A stretch of 44,221 nt of DNA from an uncultured Opitutia bacterium (GCA_903869955.1 CAIQBC010000130.1:1-44221); one strand, 5' to 3'. Positions 29,060 through 39,031 are shown, counted from the stretch's first letter. The notes: generated by a model from the sequence alone, not told the origin. Program-made: numbers and translations.

Positions 29060-31315
29060 ATGGCTGCCCAGCGCTCACGTCCCTCCTCCCAGCTCCCTGC
29101 TTCGGTTCCTTCCACCGGTTCGGGGCGTGTCGGCTCAGGGCCGGTGATCCCCGCCGCCGGGCCGGATGCGGCCGGACGCGTCATCATCCCTGCGGCGCGT
29201 GCCCACCCGGTTGCACCGCCCGCCAAGCCCGACAAGGCTGCGTATTTCAACCGCGAGCTGAGCTGGCTCGCGTTCAACCGTCGCGTGCTCGAGCAGGCGC
29301 AGAGCGAACGGCATCCGCTGCTGGAGCGGGTGAAGTTCCTCGCCATCTTCAGCTCCAACCTCGACGAGTTCTTTGAAATCCGCGTCGCCGGCCTCATCCA
29401 GCAGGCGGACGATGGCGAGGTGGGCGAGGCCAGCATTGACGGCCTCGGGGCGCGTGAGCAGCTCCGCCGCATCCATTCGGTCGTGGCTTCGCTCGTCGAG
29501 GACCAATACAAATGCTGGCACGGGCAGCTTATGCCTGCGCTCGCGCGCGAAGGGGTGCTGTTTCGCACGGCAAAGGAGCTGACGGCCGCCGAGCTGGCAT
29601 GGGTGGAAAATTATTTTCGCGAGCAGGTCTACCCCGTGCTCACGCCGCTTGCGCTCGACCAGTCGCATCCGTTTCCGCTGCTCGGCAACAAGACGCTCAA
29701 CATCGTCGTCTCGCTCGCCGCGCCGGGTGCCGCCGCCGGCGGGGCCGCGCCCGTCGCGCTGCTGCCGGTGCCGCGCATCTTGCCGCGTCTGGTGCGGATT
29801 GAGCCGGCGGGTGCAGGCGCGCAGCAGTTCATTTTTCTCACCGATATCATCAAGCTCTGCGCCGGCACGTTGTTCCCCGGCTACCGCGTGCGGGGCGCAC
29901 ATGCCTTCCGGGTCACGCGTAACAGCGACCTCTACATTGACGAGGAGGAGGCCGAGAACCTGCTGAAGAAAATCGAGGACGAGCTCCGCAACCGCCGCCG
30001 CGGCGCGGCCGTACGGCTCGAAATCGAGGACGGCGTGCCGGATGCCATCTTCACAACGCTCTGCGAGCACCTCGCCCTCTCTCACGAATATGTCTTCCGC
30101 CTCGGCGGCCCGCTGAATCTCCTCCGGCTGATGAGCCTCTGCGACATTGACCGGCCCGACCTGAAGAACCTGCCGTTCACGCCGGTCAACGTCTCGCCGC
30201 TGCACGAGCCGGCGCGCATCTTCGACACGTTGCGCGCGTCGGACGTGCTGCTGCACCATCCCTATGATGCGTTCCAGCCCGTCGTGGATTTTGTCGAGCA
30301 GGCCGCGCGCGACCCGGCGGTCTTCGCGCTCAAGCAGACGCTCTACCGCACCAGCGGCGACTCGCCCGTCGTGCGTGCGCTCATGGAGGCCTCGCGCAAC
30401 GGCAAGCAGGTCACGGCACTGGTCGAGTTGAAGGCCCGCTTCGATGAGGCCAACAACATCCAGTGGGCCAAGCAGCTCGAGGAGGCGGGGGTCCATGTGG
30501 TCTATGGCCTCGTTGGCCACAAGACCCACTGCAAGTGCTCGCTCGTTGTCCGCCGTGAAGGTCCCGGGCTGCGTCACTATGCGCACCTCGGCACCGGCAA
30601 TTACAACCCCGGTACCGCCCGCCTCTACACCGATCTCAGCCTCTTTACCGCGCGCGCTGATCTCACCGCCGACGTGGCGAACCTGTTTAACACGCTCACG
30701 GGCTACAGCCGCGCGCCGGTGTTCATGCGCCTGCTCGTCGCCCCCTTCAACCTCCACGAGCGCATCCTCGCGCTTATCTCTCGCGAGACGGCCAATGCCG
30801 CCGCCGGTCGGCCCGCGCGCATCCTCGCCAAGCTGAACTCGCTGGTGGACAAAACCGTGATTGATGCGCTCTACGCCGCTTCGCAGGCCGGCGTGACGGT
30901 TGAGCTCATCGTGCGCGGCATCTGCTGCCTCGTGCCCGGGGTGCGCGGCCTGAGCGAGCGCATCCGCGTCCGCTCGCTCGTGGGCCGCTTTCTCGAGCAT
31001 GCCCGGGTGTTCTATTTCCAGAATGACGGGGGTGACGGCGGCCCGCTCATCTACGCCGGCAGTGCCGACTGGATGCCGCGCAATTTTTTCCGCCGCATCG
31101 AGGTCGTTTTTCCGGTGGACGACCCCGCGCTGCGCCGCTGGGTGACGGACGAGCTGTTCGGGATGGAACTGGCCGATACTGAAAACGCCCGCGAGCTGCA
31201 CGCCGACGGTGGCTACCTCCCCGTCACGCGCGCCGACGGCACGCCGGCGTTTTCCGCGCAAAATTATTTCATGGCCGCCGCCGGGCAGCGTGCGTTGAGC
31301 GGGGCGGAGCTTTAG
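29060..31315 (+). CDS. ppk: Polyphosphate kinase 1
   Basis: [48 protein letters not shown], and PLD-like motifs near the C-terminus. About 60 aa of low-complexity N-terminal sequence mean the start is uncertain. Confidence 0.95.
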   Translation: MAAQRSRPSSQLPASVPSTGSGRVGSGPVIPAAGPDAAGRVIIPAARAHPVAPPAKPDKAAYFNRELSWLAFNRRVLEQAQSERHPLLERVKFLAIFSSNLDEFFEIRVAGLIQQADDGEVGEASIDGLGAREQLRRIHSVVASLVEDQYKCWHGQLMPALAREGVLFRTAKELTAAELAWVENYFREQVYPVLTPLALDQSHPFPLLGNKTLNIVVSLAAPGAAAGGAAPVALLPVPRILPRLVRIEPAGAGAQQFIFLTDIIKLCAGTLFPGYRVRGAHAFRVTRNSDLYIDEEEAENLLKKIEDELRNRRRGAAVRLEIEDGVPDAIFTTLCEHLALSHEYVFRLGGPLNLLRLMSLCDIDRPDLKNLPFTPVNVSPLHEPARIFDTLRASDVLLHHPYDAFQPVVDFVEQAARDPAVFALKQTLYRTSGDSPVVRALMEASRNGKQVTALVELKARFDEANNIQWAKQLEEAGVHVVYGLVGHKTHCKCSLVVRREGPGLRHYAHLGTGNYNPGTARLYTDLSLFTARADLTADVANLFNTLTGYSRAPVFMRLLVAPFNLHERILALISRETANAAAGRPARILAKLNSLVDKTVIDALYAASQAGVTVELIVRGICCLVPGVRGLSERIRVRSLVGRFLEHARVFYFQNDGGDGGPLIYAGSADWMPRNFFRRIEVVFPVDDPALRRWVTDELFGMELADTENARELHADGGYLPVTRADGTPAFSAQNYFMAAAGQRALSGAEL

Positions 31316-31324
31316 CAGGACTCA

Positions 31325-31561
31325 TCAACCAATCACCTCTCGCGCATACGATTCGAGGTAGCCGCACTCAACGCACCGGTAGCTCTCGATTCGGCGATGC
31401 TCGCCCTGTGATTTTGTGCCAAAGAAAATGGATGTCCTTGGTTGGCCTGCGATCCAACGCAAGGGACGCTTATGTTCGACCAGAAAACCTTGCTGCATTT
31501 CCGCGCTGCATTGCTGGCATTTGATGATGCTTTTCATCTTGTTTAAGTTGGGATCAATCAC
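31325..31561 (-). CDS. Small zinc-ribbon protein (CxxC ... CxxC), unknown function, low G+C
   Basis: 78-aa ORF with CQQC near the N-terminus and CVECG near the C-terminus. Alternative start at Met9 (31537). Confidence 0.55.
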   Translation of the reverse strand: MIDPNLNKMKSIIKCQQCSAEMQQGFLVEHKRPLRWIAGQPRTSIFFGTKSQGEHRRIESYRCVECGYLESYAREVIG

Positions 31562-31578
31562 GCAGATATATCCCGGCC

Positions 31579-32145
31579 ATGTCTCTGCCCATCGTCCATT
31601 ACAACGACCCCGTGTTGCGCAAAAAAGGCGCTCGCGTCACCAAGTTCGATCCTGTGCTCGCTGCACTTGCCGCCGATATGGTTGCCACCATGCACGACGC
31701 CGAGGGCATCGGGCTGGCCGCGCAGCAGGTTGGCCGCGCGCTCCAGCTCTGCGTCGTGGACTTGCGCGAGACGAAGCGGGAGTTCGCTTGGGAGCTCGAT
31801 GGTGCTCGGCCGCCCCTGGAGCTGTTCATGCCGCTCACGCTGGTGAATCCGGTCGTCACGGTGCTGCCGTCGGACGAGACGATTTACGAGGAGGGCTGCC
31901 TGTCGTTCCCCGGCATTCGCGGCGATGTGGTCCGGCCCGACACCATCCGGGTGGATTTTCAGGACGTGCAAGGCGTGCCGCACACGCTCGCTTGCACCGG
32001 CCTGTTCGGCCGTTGCGTGCAGCACGAGGTGGATCATCTCAATGGCGTGCTTTTTATTGACCGTATGGAGAAAAATATCCGCGCCTCGCTTGACGATGCG
32101 GTAAAGGCGCTGGCGAAGGAAACTCGTGAACTGGTGAAGGGGTGA
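31579..32145 (+). CDS. def: Peptide deformylase
   Basis: GIGLAAQQVG, EGCLSFPG, HEVDHLNG. Confidence 0.95.
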   Translation: MSLPIVHYNDPVLRKKGARVTKFDPVLAALAADMVATMHDAEGIGLAAQQVGRALQLCVVDLRETKREFAWELDGARPPLELFMPLTLVNPVVTVLPSDETIYEEGCLSFPGIRGDVVRPDTIRVDFQDVQGVPHTLACTGLFGRCVQHEVDHLNGVLFIDRMEKNIRASLDDAVKALAKETRELVKG

Positions 32146-32239
32146 ACCATCGCAAAACACGCCCGGCGCAAGCGGGTTTCGGAGCGAGCCTGAAAATCAG
32201 GCAGGGCGTCTGTCTTGCCGCCGCCGCCCGCCCTTGTCC

Positions 32240-32260
32240 GGCATCTGCAAGACAGATGCC
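32240..32260. terminator. Perfect 8-bp stem / 5-nt loop hairpin between convergent def and thrC; a possible terminator element without a U-tract
   Basis: GGCATCTG caaga CAGATGCC. In addition, 32209..32218 (TCTGTCTTGC) can pair with 32247..32256 as an alternative structure. Confidence 0.3.
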
Positions 32261-32279
32261 TAACGCCGAACCGCCTTCC

Positions 32280-33641
32280 TTACACCGCGTGGGCTTCGAT
32301 GAAGGCGCGGATGGCGGCGGGTGTCGCAACGAGCTTGTTTTTCACGATCGGTCGGACCTTCAGCACTTCCAGGCCAGGATCCGTCGGTTCGATGCCGATG
32401 GCAGCCCTGATGGTGTCGGGAAACTTGGCGGGGCTGGCGGTCGCGAGCACCACGCTGGGGCGGTCGGGGGCAAGGTCTTTGAAACCGCAGGCGGTGTGCG
32501 GGTCGGCGACATAGCCGTAACGGGCCTGGATTGTTTTGATGATGCCGGGGATCTCGGCGTCGGTGCAGCGCGAGGCGGTGAAGGTGTCGCGGTTGAAGTG
32601 GGTGAAGGTGTAGCCGCCGGTTGCCTTGAAGGTCGCCATGATCTCACGCACTTTGTCCGGGTCGGAACCGACGCTGTAGTAAAGGAACCGCTCAAAGTTG
32701 GACGCGACCTGGATGTCCATCGAGGGGGCATGGCTGGGCCGCACGGGGCCGAGGCGGTAGTCGCCAGTCGTGAAGAGGCGGTGGAGGATGTCGTTCTGAT
32801 TGGTGGCGACCCGGAAGCCACGCAGCGGCACCCCCATTTTCTGGAGCAGCCAGCCGGCGAGCACGTTGCCGAAATTGCCCGTGGGCACGACGAACTCGGC
32901 TTCGCTGCGCACGTGGGCCGGCAGCCGCAGCCACGCCCAGAGGTAATAGACGCACTGCGCAAGCACACGCGCGAGGTTGATGGAGTTGACGGCGGAGAGA
33001 CGGTGGCGGATACGGAATTCCTGGTCACCGAAAATCTCCTTCAAGGCGGCCTGCGCGTCGTCGAAGCTGCCGTCCACCGCGAGCGCATAAACATTGGCCG
33101 CGCCGGTGCAGGCCATCTGCCGCTCCTGCAACGGCGAGACGCGGCCGTCGGGATAGAGGATGAAGATGGCGGTGCCGGGCTTGCCGAGCAGGCCGTGGAT
33201 CGCCGCCGCCCCGGTGTCACCCGAAGTGGCGCCAAGGACGTTGATCTTCTCGCTGCGCACGCGGCACTGGCGTTCGTAAAGGTTGCCGAGGAGCTGGAGT
33301 GCGAAATCCTTGAACGCGAGCGTCGGCCCGTGAAACAGCTCCAGCACGAACAGGTTTTCGCCGAGCTGCTTCAACGGCGCGATCTCCGGGACGGAGAAGC
33401 GCGTGTAGCTCGCGGCGATGAGCGGTCGCAACTCGGCCTCGGGGATGTCGGTGGCAAAGCGGCGTAAAAACTCGAAGCAGAGATCGGCGTAGCCAAGCGG
33501 CGCGAAGCGCGCGAGGTCGGCGGCGGTAAACTGCGGGAGCGTCTCCGGCAGGAACAAGCCGCCATCGGGGGCCAAGCCAACGGCAACCGCATCCGAAAAC
33601 GAATGCGGCGGAGTTTGCCCGCGAGTGGAGATGTAGCGCAT
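32280..33641 (-). CDS. thrC: Threonine synthase
   Basis: MRYISTRG..., HGPTLAFKDFALQLLG (PLP Lys), ATSGDTG. 453 aa, long form. Confidence 0.95.
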   Translation of the reverse strand: MRYISTRGQTPPHSFSDAVAVGLAPDGGLFLPETLPQFTAADLARFAPLGYADLCFEFLRRFATDIPEAELRPLIAASYTRFSVPEIAPLKQLGENLFVLELFHGPTLAFKDFALQLLGNLYERQCRVRSEKINVLGATSGDTGAAAIHGLLGKPGTAIFILYPDGRVSPLQERQMACTGAANVYALAVDGSFDDAQAALKEIFGDQEFRIRHRLSAVNSINLARVLAQCVYYLWAWLRLPAHVRSEAEFVVPTGNFGNVLAGWLLQKMGVPLRGFRVATNQNDILHRLFTTGDYRLGPVRPSHAPSMDIQVASNFERFLYYSVGSDPDKVREIMATFKATGGYTFTHFNRDTFTASRCTDAEIPGIIKTIQARYGYVADPHTACGFKDLAPDRPSVVLATASPAKFPDTIRAAIGIEPTDPGLEVLKVRPIVKNKLVATPAAIRAFIEAHAV

Positions 33642-33674
33642 GGAGGCGGGTAGCGAGGTTGCCTGATTTGAAGC

Positions 33675-33995
33675 TCAGGGAACTATCTCGACGTGTTTGA
33701 TGTCGCAAATCAACACGGCGTTCTTGGGGATAGAAATGAGTTCGGCGTCCCGGTAACAGAGGTGAGGACTGGCCTTAAATCGTCGATTGCCGCCAGCACG
33801 AATACCCTCCAAGCCGTATCGAAAACCGGCGACAAAATTCCGGTCACCAACAGTCCAGATAGCCTCTTGGTCTTTGTGCAAGAAATCACCCCGATTGAGC
33901 AGGATGTCGTATGTGAGGCGAACCCGGTCACCCTTCATCAGCTCGCGCCCGGCTCCTGGCGTTTCGCTGATAATTTTGATGCCTGATTTTGGCAT
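33675..33995 (-). CDS. FKBP-type peptidyl-prolyl isomerase-like small protein, lower G+C than its neighbours
   Basis: The pattern GDRVRLTYDILLNRGDFL...FVAGFRYGLEGIRAGGNRRFKASPHLCY...IPKNAVLICDIKHVEI aligns by eye to the FKBP fold consensus. Confidence 0.6.
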   Translation of the reverse strand: MPKSGIKIISETPGAGRELMKGDRVRLTYDILLNRGDFLHKDQEAIWTVGDRNFVAGFRYGLEGIRAGGNRRFKASPHLCYRDAELISIPKNAVLICDIKHVEIVP

Positions 33996-34020
33996 AGCCC
34001 GAAGTGGCCCCTAGGGCTTC

Positions 34021-35229
34021 TCACCCCAGCCCAAACGCCGCATGCGCGACGCGGGCAGCCTCGTCGGCTTTGTCTTTGGCGATGACGACGGAAATCTTGA
34101 TCTCGGATGTGCTGATGAGCTCAAGGTTGATGCCGGCTTTGGCCAGCGCGTCGAAAAGCGTCGCGGCCACGCCGCTGTGCGTCCGCATGCCAACGCCGAC
34201 GACGGAGAGCTTGGCGATGCCCTCGTCCACAGCGACGTCGCCGCCGACTTCCTTGAGCACGGGAGCAAGCGTGAGCTGGGCCTTGGCCTTTTCGGTGAGC
34301 GGCACGGTGAAGGTGAGATTGGCGAGGCCGCCGCGGCCGATGTTCTGGACGATCATGTCCACGTTGATGTTCGCGTCGGCGAGGGCGCGGAAGACTTTGG
34401 CGGCAGTGCCGGGCTTGTCGGCGATGTTGCTGACGACGACCTTGGCCTGGTCCTTGTCCACGGCGACGCCGCGGACGACGACCTTTTCCATGTAGGCGAC
34501 TTCTTGTTTCACGATGGTTCCTGGGTTGGTGTTGAAAGACGAGCGAACTTCAAAAACGACGTTGTATTTTGCGGCAAACTCGACGGAGCGCGTTTGCATG
34601 ACCTTCGAGCCCAAGGACGCGAGCTCGAGCATCTCGTCATAGGAGATTTCATCGAGCTTCTTGGCGTTTTTCACGACGCGCGGGTCGGCCGTGTAGACGC
34701 CGTCCACGTCGGTGTAGATCTCGCACTTGTCGGCCTGCACGGCGGCGGCGAGGGCGATGGCGGTGAGGTCGGAGCCGCCGCGGCCTAGCGTGGTGACCTG
34801 ACCTTCCTCGTTGATCCCCTGAAAACCGGCGACGATGACGACCTTGCCGGCCTTGAGGTCGGCGATGACGGGTGCGGCGTTGATGGTTTTGATTTTGGCC
34901 TTGGTGTGGACCTTGTCGGTAAAAATGCCGGCCTGCGCGCCTGTGTAGCTGACGGCGTCCACGCCGACGCCGTGCAAGGCCATCGCGGTGAGGGCGATAG
35001 TCTCCTGCTCGCCGACGGCGAGAAGCTGGTCCATTTCGCGCTCGCTGGGATTGGCGCAGAGCGCCTGCGCGCGGGCAATGAGCTCGTTGGTCACGCCGGA
35101 GCGGGCGGAGACGACAACGACGAGCTCGTGGCCCTCGGCGCGGAAGGCCTTGATGCGCTGCGCGACGTTCTTGATGCGCTCGACGTCACCCACGGAGGTG
35201 CCGCCGTATTTTTGGACGATTCTGGCCAT
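34021..35229 (-). CDS. lysC: Aspartate kinase
   Basis: MARIVQKYGGTSVG, VVVVSA, two C-terminal ACT-like regions. Confidence 0.95.
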   Translation of the reverse strand: MARIVQKYGGTSVGDVERIKNVAQRIKAFRAEGHELVVVVSARSGVTNELIARAQALCANPSEREMDQLLAVGEQETIALTAMALHGVGVDAVSYTGAQAGIFTDKVHTKAKIKTINAAPVIADLKAGKVVIVAGFQGINEEGQVTTLGRGGSDLTAIALAAAVQADKCEIYTDVDGVYTADPRVVKNAKKLDEISYDEMLELASLGSKVMQTRSVEFAAKYNVVFEVRSSFNTNPGTIVKQEVAYMEKVVVRGVAVDKDQAKVVVSNIADKPGTAAKVFRALADANINVDMIVQNIGRGGLANLTFTVPLTEKAKAQLTLAPVLKEVGGDVAVDEGIAKLSVVGVGMRTHSGVAATLFDALAKAGINLELISTSEIKISVVIAKDKADEAARVAHAAFGLG

Positions 35230-35277
35230 TCGGTGAAGCTAGGAGCTAGAATTTAGGAGTTAGGAAACGAGACGCCA

Positions 35278-36585
35278 TCAGCCGGCGAAGTCGCCGATGC
35301 GGAGGAGGAGCGGTTTTTCGAGGACGCAGGCGAGCCTGGTCAGGCGCGCGACGGTGGCGCGGATGGCCTTCTCGTTGCTCTCGTGCGTGGTGAGGATGAG
35401 CGTCGCCGCGCCGCGCCGGGCGCTGGGGCGCTGCACCATGCTGGCGATGCTCACGCGCGCGTGCGCGGTCGCGGTGGCGATCTTGGCGAGCACGCCAGGC
35501 TCGTCCTTCACATCCAGCCGCAGGTAATACCGGCCCCGCACGCGCTCCAGCGGCGCGAGCGGGCAATGCTGGCGCACGGGCACGGGCAGCGGGGCGTTGC
35601 CCCGGCGCAGCAGGAGGACGGCGTCCACGATGTCGCTGATGACCGCGCTGGAGGTGGCGTCCTGCCCGGCGCCGCGGCCGATGTAAACCGTCTCGCCGAC
35701 GACGTCGCCGTTGACGGAGATGCCGTTCTGCACGTCGTTGACGTTGGCGAGCACCTTGGTGAGGGGCAGCAGCGTCGGGTGGACGCGCACGAACAGCTCG
35801 CCGTTGGCAAAGTCGCGCGTGATGACGGCGAGGAGCTTGATCGCGTAGCCATGCTCGCGGGCAAAGTGGAGGTCGGCCTGCGTGATGGCGGCGATGCCCT
35901 CGACGAGCATCGCCCGCGTGGGCACCCACGCGCCGTGCGCGAGATAGGCGAGGATGCTGGCCTTGTGCGCGGTATCCCAGCCCTCGACATCGAGCGACTC
36001 GTCGGCCTCGGCGTAACCGAGGCGTTTGGCGTCGGCGAGGATGGCGGGGTAGCCGAGTCCCTCGCGCTCCATGCGCGTGAGGATGTAATTGCAGGTGCCG
36101 TTGAGGATGCCGTAGATGAGGCCGAAGCGGTTGGCGACGAGGCCCTCGCGCAGCGCCTTGATGATCGGGATGCCGCCCGCGACCGACGCCTCAAAGAAGA
36201 AATGGCCGCCGTGCGCGCGCGCCGCCGCGAAAATCTCGGGGCCGTGCGCGCAGAGCAGCGCCTTGTTGGCGGAGACGACGGTCTTGCCGAGGCGGAGCGC
36301 GGCGAGCGTGACCTCGCGGGCAAGCGTGGTGCCGCCGATGAGCTCGCAGACGATGTGGACGGCGGGGTCGGTGGCGACGGCGAGGGGATCGGTGGTGAGC
36401 CGGGTGGCGGGGACGCGGACGGCGCGCTTCTTCTTGAGGTCGCGGACGCTGGCGCGGTGGAGGTGGAGCTTCACGCCGAGCTTGGACTCAAGCGAGGCGC
36501 GGGCGCTTTCGAGGTGTTTCCACACGCCCTGCCCCACGGTGCCGAGACCGCAGATGCCGATGTTGATGGTGGAAAGCTGGCTCAT
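35278..36585 (-). CDS. hom: Homoserine dehydrogenase with a C-terminal ACT domain
   Basis: INIGICGLGTVGQGV, SVAGGIPII, GILNGTCNYILTRM. I prefer the ATG at 36585 over the TTG at 36624. Confidence 0.93.
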   Translation of the reverse strand: MSQLSTINIGICGLGTVGQGVWKHLESARASLESKLGVKLHLHRASVRDLKKKRAVRVPATRLTTDPLAVATDPAVHIVCELIGGTTLAREVTLAALRLGKTVVSANKALLCAHGPEIFAAARAHGGHFFFEASVAGGIPIIKALREGLVANRFGLIYGILNGTCNYILTRMEREGLGYPAILADAKRLGYAEADESLDVEGWDTAHKASILAYLAHGAWVPTRAMLVEGIAAITQADLHFAREHGYAIKLLAVITRDFANGELFVRVHPTLLPLTKVLANVNDVQNGISVNGDVVGETVYIGRGAGQDATSSAVISDIVDAVLLLRRGNAPLPVPVRQHCPLAPLERVRGRYYLRLDVKDEPGVLAKIATATAHARVSIASMVQRPSARRGAATLILTTHESNEKAIRATVARLTRLACVLEKPLLLRIGDFAG

Positions 36586-36646
36586 CTTGTAGGGGCGCAG
36601 TCTTGCTGCGCCCTTTTCAGGCAAAAGTTGAGGCTGAAGATCTGGC

Positions 36647-37315
36647 TCATTGCTGTCGAGCGTCAGGGGACGCGGGCTTTTTCACAAACTTGTTTTCGGT
36701 GCCGTTGCAGAGGCGGACGATGTTGGCGCGGTGGCGAATCGTGACAAAAACGGCGATGACAGCGGCGAGGCGGAGCAGGAGCGGCGGCTTCTGGAGGAAA
36801 AACGCGGCAATAGGTAGCGCGAGCGCTGCGAGGATCGAGGCGAGCGAGACATAGCGGGAGATTTTAAAAGTGACCCACCAGACGGCGACGGCGATGACGA
36901 GAACCCAAGGCATGAGGACGAGAAAGCCGCCGGCCGTGGTAGCGACGCCTTTGCCGCCACGAAATTTTGTGAAGATGGAATAACTGTGGCCAATAAGGGC
37001 GGCGAGCAGACTTAGAACACTAATCCACAGCGCCGAAGACTGATCATTTGGAGTCAAATCGTCGATGTGCTTACCAGCGGCGATCAGCCAAAATAAATTT
37101 AGCCATCCCGCTGCTAGCACACCTTTGATGGCATCAAGCGCAAAAACTAAATTGCCCGGCCCGGCACCAAGAACACGGCGAACATTGGTTGCGCCGGGGT
37201 TTTTGCTGCCGACCTCGAAAATGTTCACGCCATTTGCCTTCGCCACAAACCAGCCGAACGGCAGCGAGCCTAGGAGGTAGCCGACGACGGCAGCGATGAA
37301 AAACGGGAGGAACAT
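36647..37315 (-). CDS. plsY: Glycerol-3-phosphate acyltransferase PlsY
   Basis: GYLLGSLPFGWFVAK...GSKNPGATNVRRVLG...FRGGKGVAT. Confidence 0.93.
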   Translation of the reverse strand: MFLPFFIAAVVGYLLGSLPFGWFVAKANGVNIFEVGSKNPGATNVRRVLGAGPGNLVFALDAIKGVLAAGWLNLFWLIAAGKHIDDLTPNDQSSALWISVLSLLAALIGHSYSIFTKFRGGKGVATTAGGFLVLMPWVLVIAVAVWWVTFKISRYVSLASILAALALPIAAFFLQKPPLLLRLAAVIAVFVTIRHRANIVRLCNGTENKFVKKPASPDARQQ

Positions 37316-37326
37316 GGCCGGAATTT

Positions 37327-37421
37327 TTTAACGCAAAGTCGCAACGGCACGAAAACCGCAAAGGCCGGTGGAATCAGAAACGAGCTTTGCGTCCTCCGCG
37401 CCTCCGCGTCTTTGCGTTAAA
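37327..37421. repeat. 12-bp perfect inverted repeat TTTAACGCAAAG / CTTTGCGTTAAA, arms 71 nt apart, plus a third partial copy
   Basis: Arms at 37327..37338 and 37410..37421. A partial copy CTTTGCGT lies near 37385..37392. The repeat sits between the plsY start and the serA stop. Confidence 0.85.
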
Positions 37422-37441
37422 TTTCTGGTCGCGTGCCGCGC

Positions 37442-39031
37442 TCACAGCTGCACGAACTTTGCCAGCTTGATGGCGGGGTGGTTCTTGAGCTCGGCGCGGG
37501 CGGACTCGCTCGGCTCGTGGTCCACGCGCACCACCATGTAGGCCGTGCCGCCCGGCGTGAGGCGGGAGAGCGACATGTCGGCGATGTTGACCTTGTCCTT
37601 GCCGAGCAGTGTGCCGACGGCGCCGACCATGCCGGGCTGGTCGAGGTTTTCGAGGACGAGGAGCGAGCCCTCGGCGGCGACCTCGACCTCGCGGCCGTTG
37701 ATGCCGACGATGCGGGGCTGGTTGCCGCGGCCGATAAGTGTGCCGCGCACGTTGGTCACCGCGCCGTCGCCGGCGGTCGCCTCCAGCTCGATGAGGTCGG
37801 TGTAGTCGCCGGCGTCGCTCGTCTTGACGACCTCAAAGGCTAGGCCGAGGCGCGACATGAGGACGGGGGCGTTGACGGCGTTGACGCCGTCGCCGCTGAT
37901 GCGGCGCAGGAAACCGTGCTGGATCGAGCGCGTGATGGCGTTGGCGTCGAGATCCACGATGCGGCCTTGGTAGGTGACGCGGAGCTTGGCGAGCTGCTTG
38001 GGCGAAATCTGCTGGAGGAGCGTGCCGAGCTTGGCGCCGAGGTCGAGGTAGGGCGCGAGCACCTTGGCGGCGGCGGCGTCCATCGAGGGCATGTTGACGG
38101 CGTTGCGGACGGCGCCGGTGCGGAGCACGTCGGCGATCTGCTCGGCGATCTCGATGCCGACGGACTCCTGTGCCTCGGCGGTCGAGGCGCCGAGATGCGG
38201 GGTGAGGACGACGTTGGGCAGGGCGCGGAACTCGCTATCCTTGGCCAGCGGCTCGTCCTCAAACACGTCGAGGCCGGCGGCGGCGACATGGCCGCTCTTG
38301 AGCGCGGCGAGGAGCGCGGCCTCCTCGATGATGCCGCCGCGGGCGCAGTTGAAAAGGCGGACACCCTTCTTGCACTTCGCGAGGGCCGGGGCGTTGATCA
38401 TGTACTTTGTCTCATCCGTGAGCGGCATGTGGACGGTGATGTAGTCGGCCTGCGGAAGCAGCTCGTCGAGCGAGACGGCCTCGACACCCATGGCCTTGGC
38501 GCGGCTCGGGGCGAGGTAGGGATCGTAGGCGACGACCTTCATGCCAAACGCGAGCGCGCGCTTCGCGACCTCGCCGCCGATGCGGCCCATGCCGACGATT
38601 CCGAGGGTCTTCTTAAAAAGCTCGAAACCGCTGAGGGTCTTGCGGTCCCACTGGCCGGCTTTCATCGAGGCGGCGGCCTGCGCGACGGGGCGCGCGCCGC
38701 AGAGGATGTGCGTGAACGTGAGCTCAGCGGTGGCAATGGTGTTGCCGGCGGGGGTGTTCATCACGACGACGCCGCGCTCGGTGGCGGCCTCGACATCCAC
38801 GTTGTCCACGCCGACGCCGGCCCGGCCGACGACCTTGAGCAGCGGCGCGGCGGCAAAGACGGCGGCCGTGATCTTCGTCTCTGAGCGGACGGCGATGGCG
38901 TGAACGTCTTTGACGAGCTCGAGGATCTTTTCCGACGAGGAGCCGTAGGCCTCCACGACTTCAAAGCCCGGCTGCTGGCGCAGGAAGGCGACTCCCTTGG
39001 GTGAGATCTTGTCGGCGACGAGGATTTTCAT
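37442..39031 (-). CDS. serA: D-3-phosphoglycerate dehydrogenase (long form with ASB and ACT domains)
   Basis: MKILVADKISPKG, GIVGMGRIGGEVA, ARGGIIEE, TPHLGAST. ATG at 39031. Confidence 0.93.
   Translation of the reverse strand: MKILVADKISPKGVAFLRQQPGFEVVEAYGSSSEKILELVKDVHAIAVRSETKITAAVFAAAPLLKVVGRAGVGVDNVDVEAATERGVVVMNTPAGNTIATAELTFTHILCGARPVAQAAASMKAGQWDRKTLSGFELFKKTLGIVGMGRIGGEVAKRALAFGMKVVAYDPYLAPSRAKAMGVEAVSLDELLPQADYITVHMPLTDETKYMINAPALAKCKKGVRLFNCARGGIIEEAALLAALKSGHVAAAGLDVFEDEPLAKDSEFRALPNVVLTPHLGASTAEAQESVGIEIAEQIADVLRTGAVRNAVNMPSMDAAAAKVLAPYLDLGAKLGTLLQQISPKQLAKLRVTYQGRIVDLDANAITRSIQHGFLRRISGDGVNAVNAPVLMSRLGLAFEVVKTSDAGDYTDLIELEATAGDGAVTNVRGTLIGRGNQPRIVGINGREVEVAAEGSLLVLENLDQPGMVGAVGTLLGKDKVNIADMSLSRLTPGGTAYMVVRVDHEPSESARAELKNHPAIKLAKFVQL

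Noticed and set aside
28825-29568. Upstream 248 codons of track ORF 28519..29568
   Set aside because: This part is Arg/Ser/Pro/Ala-rich, overlaps the ppk 5' region on the opposite strand, and has no features. Only the last 101 codons (two TM helices) look like a gene.
29135-31261. 708-aa ORF antisense to ppk, and similar long antisense ORFs (16079..17392 vs recQ, 32142..33467 vs thrC, 35383..36744 vs hom, 8925..10097 vs the ligase, 10742..12067)
   Set aside because: In each case the opposite strand encodes a protein with clear family motifs. These ORFs are Arg/Gly/Ala/Asp-rich, as expected for out-of-phase reading of high-GC3 genes.
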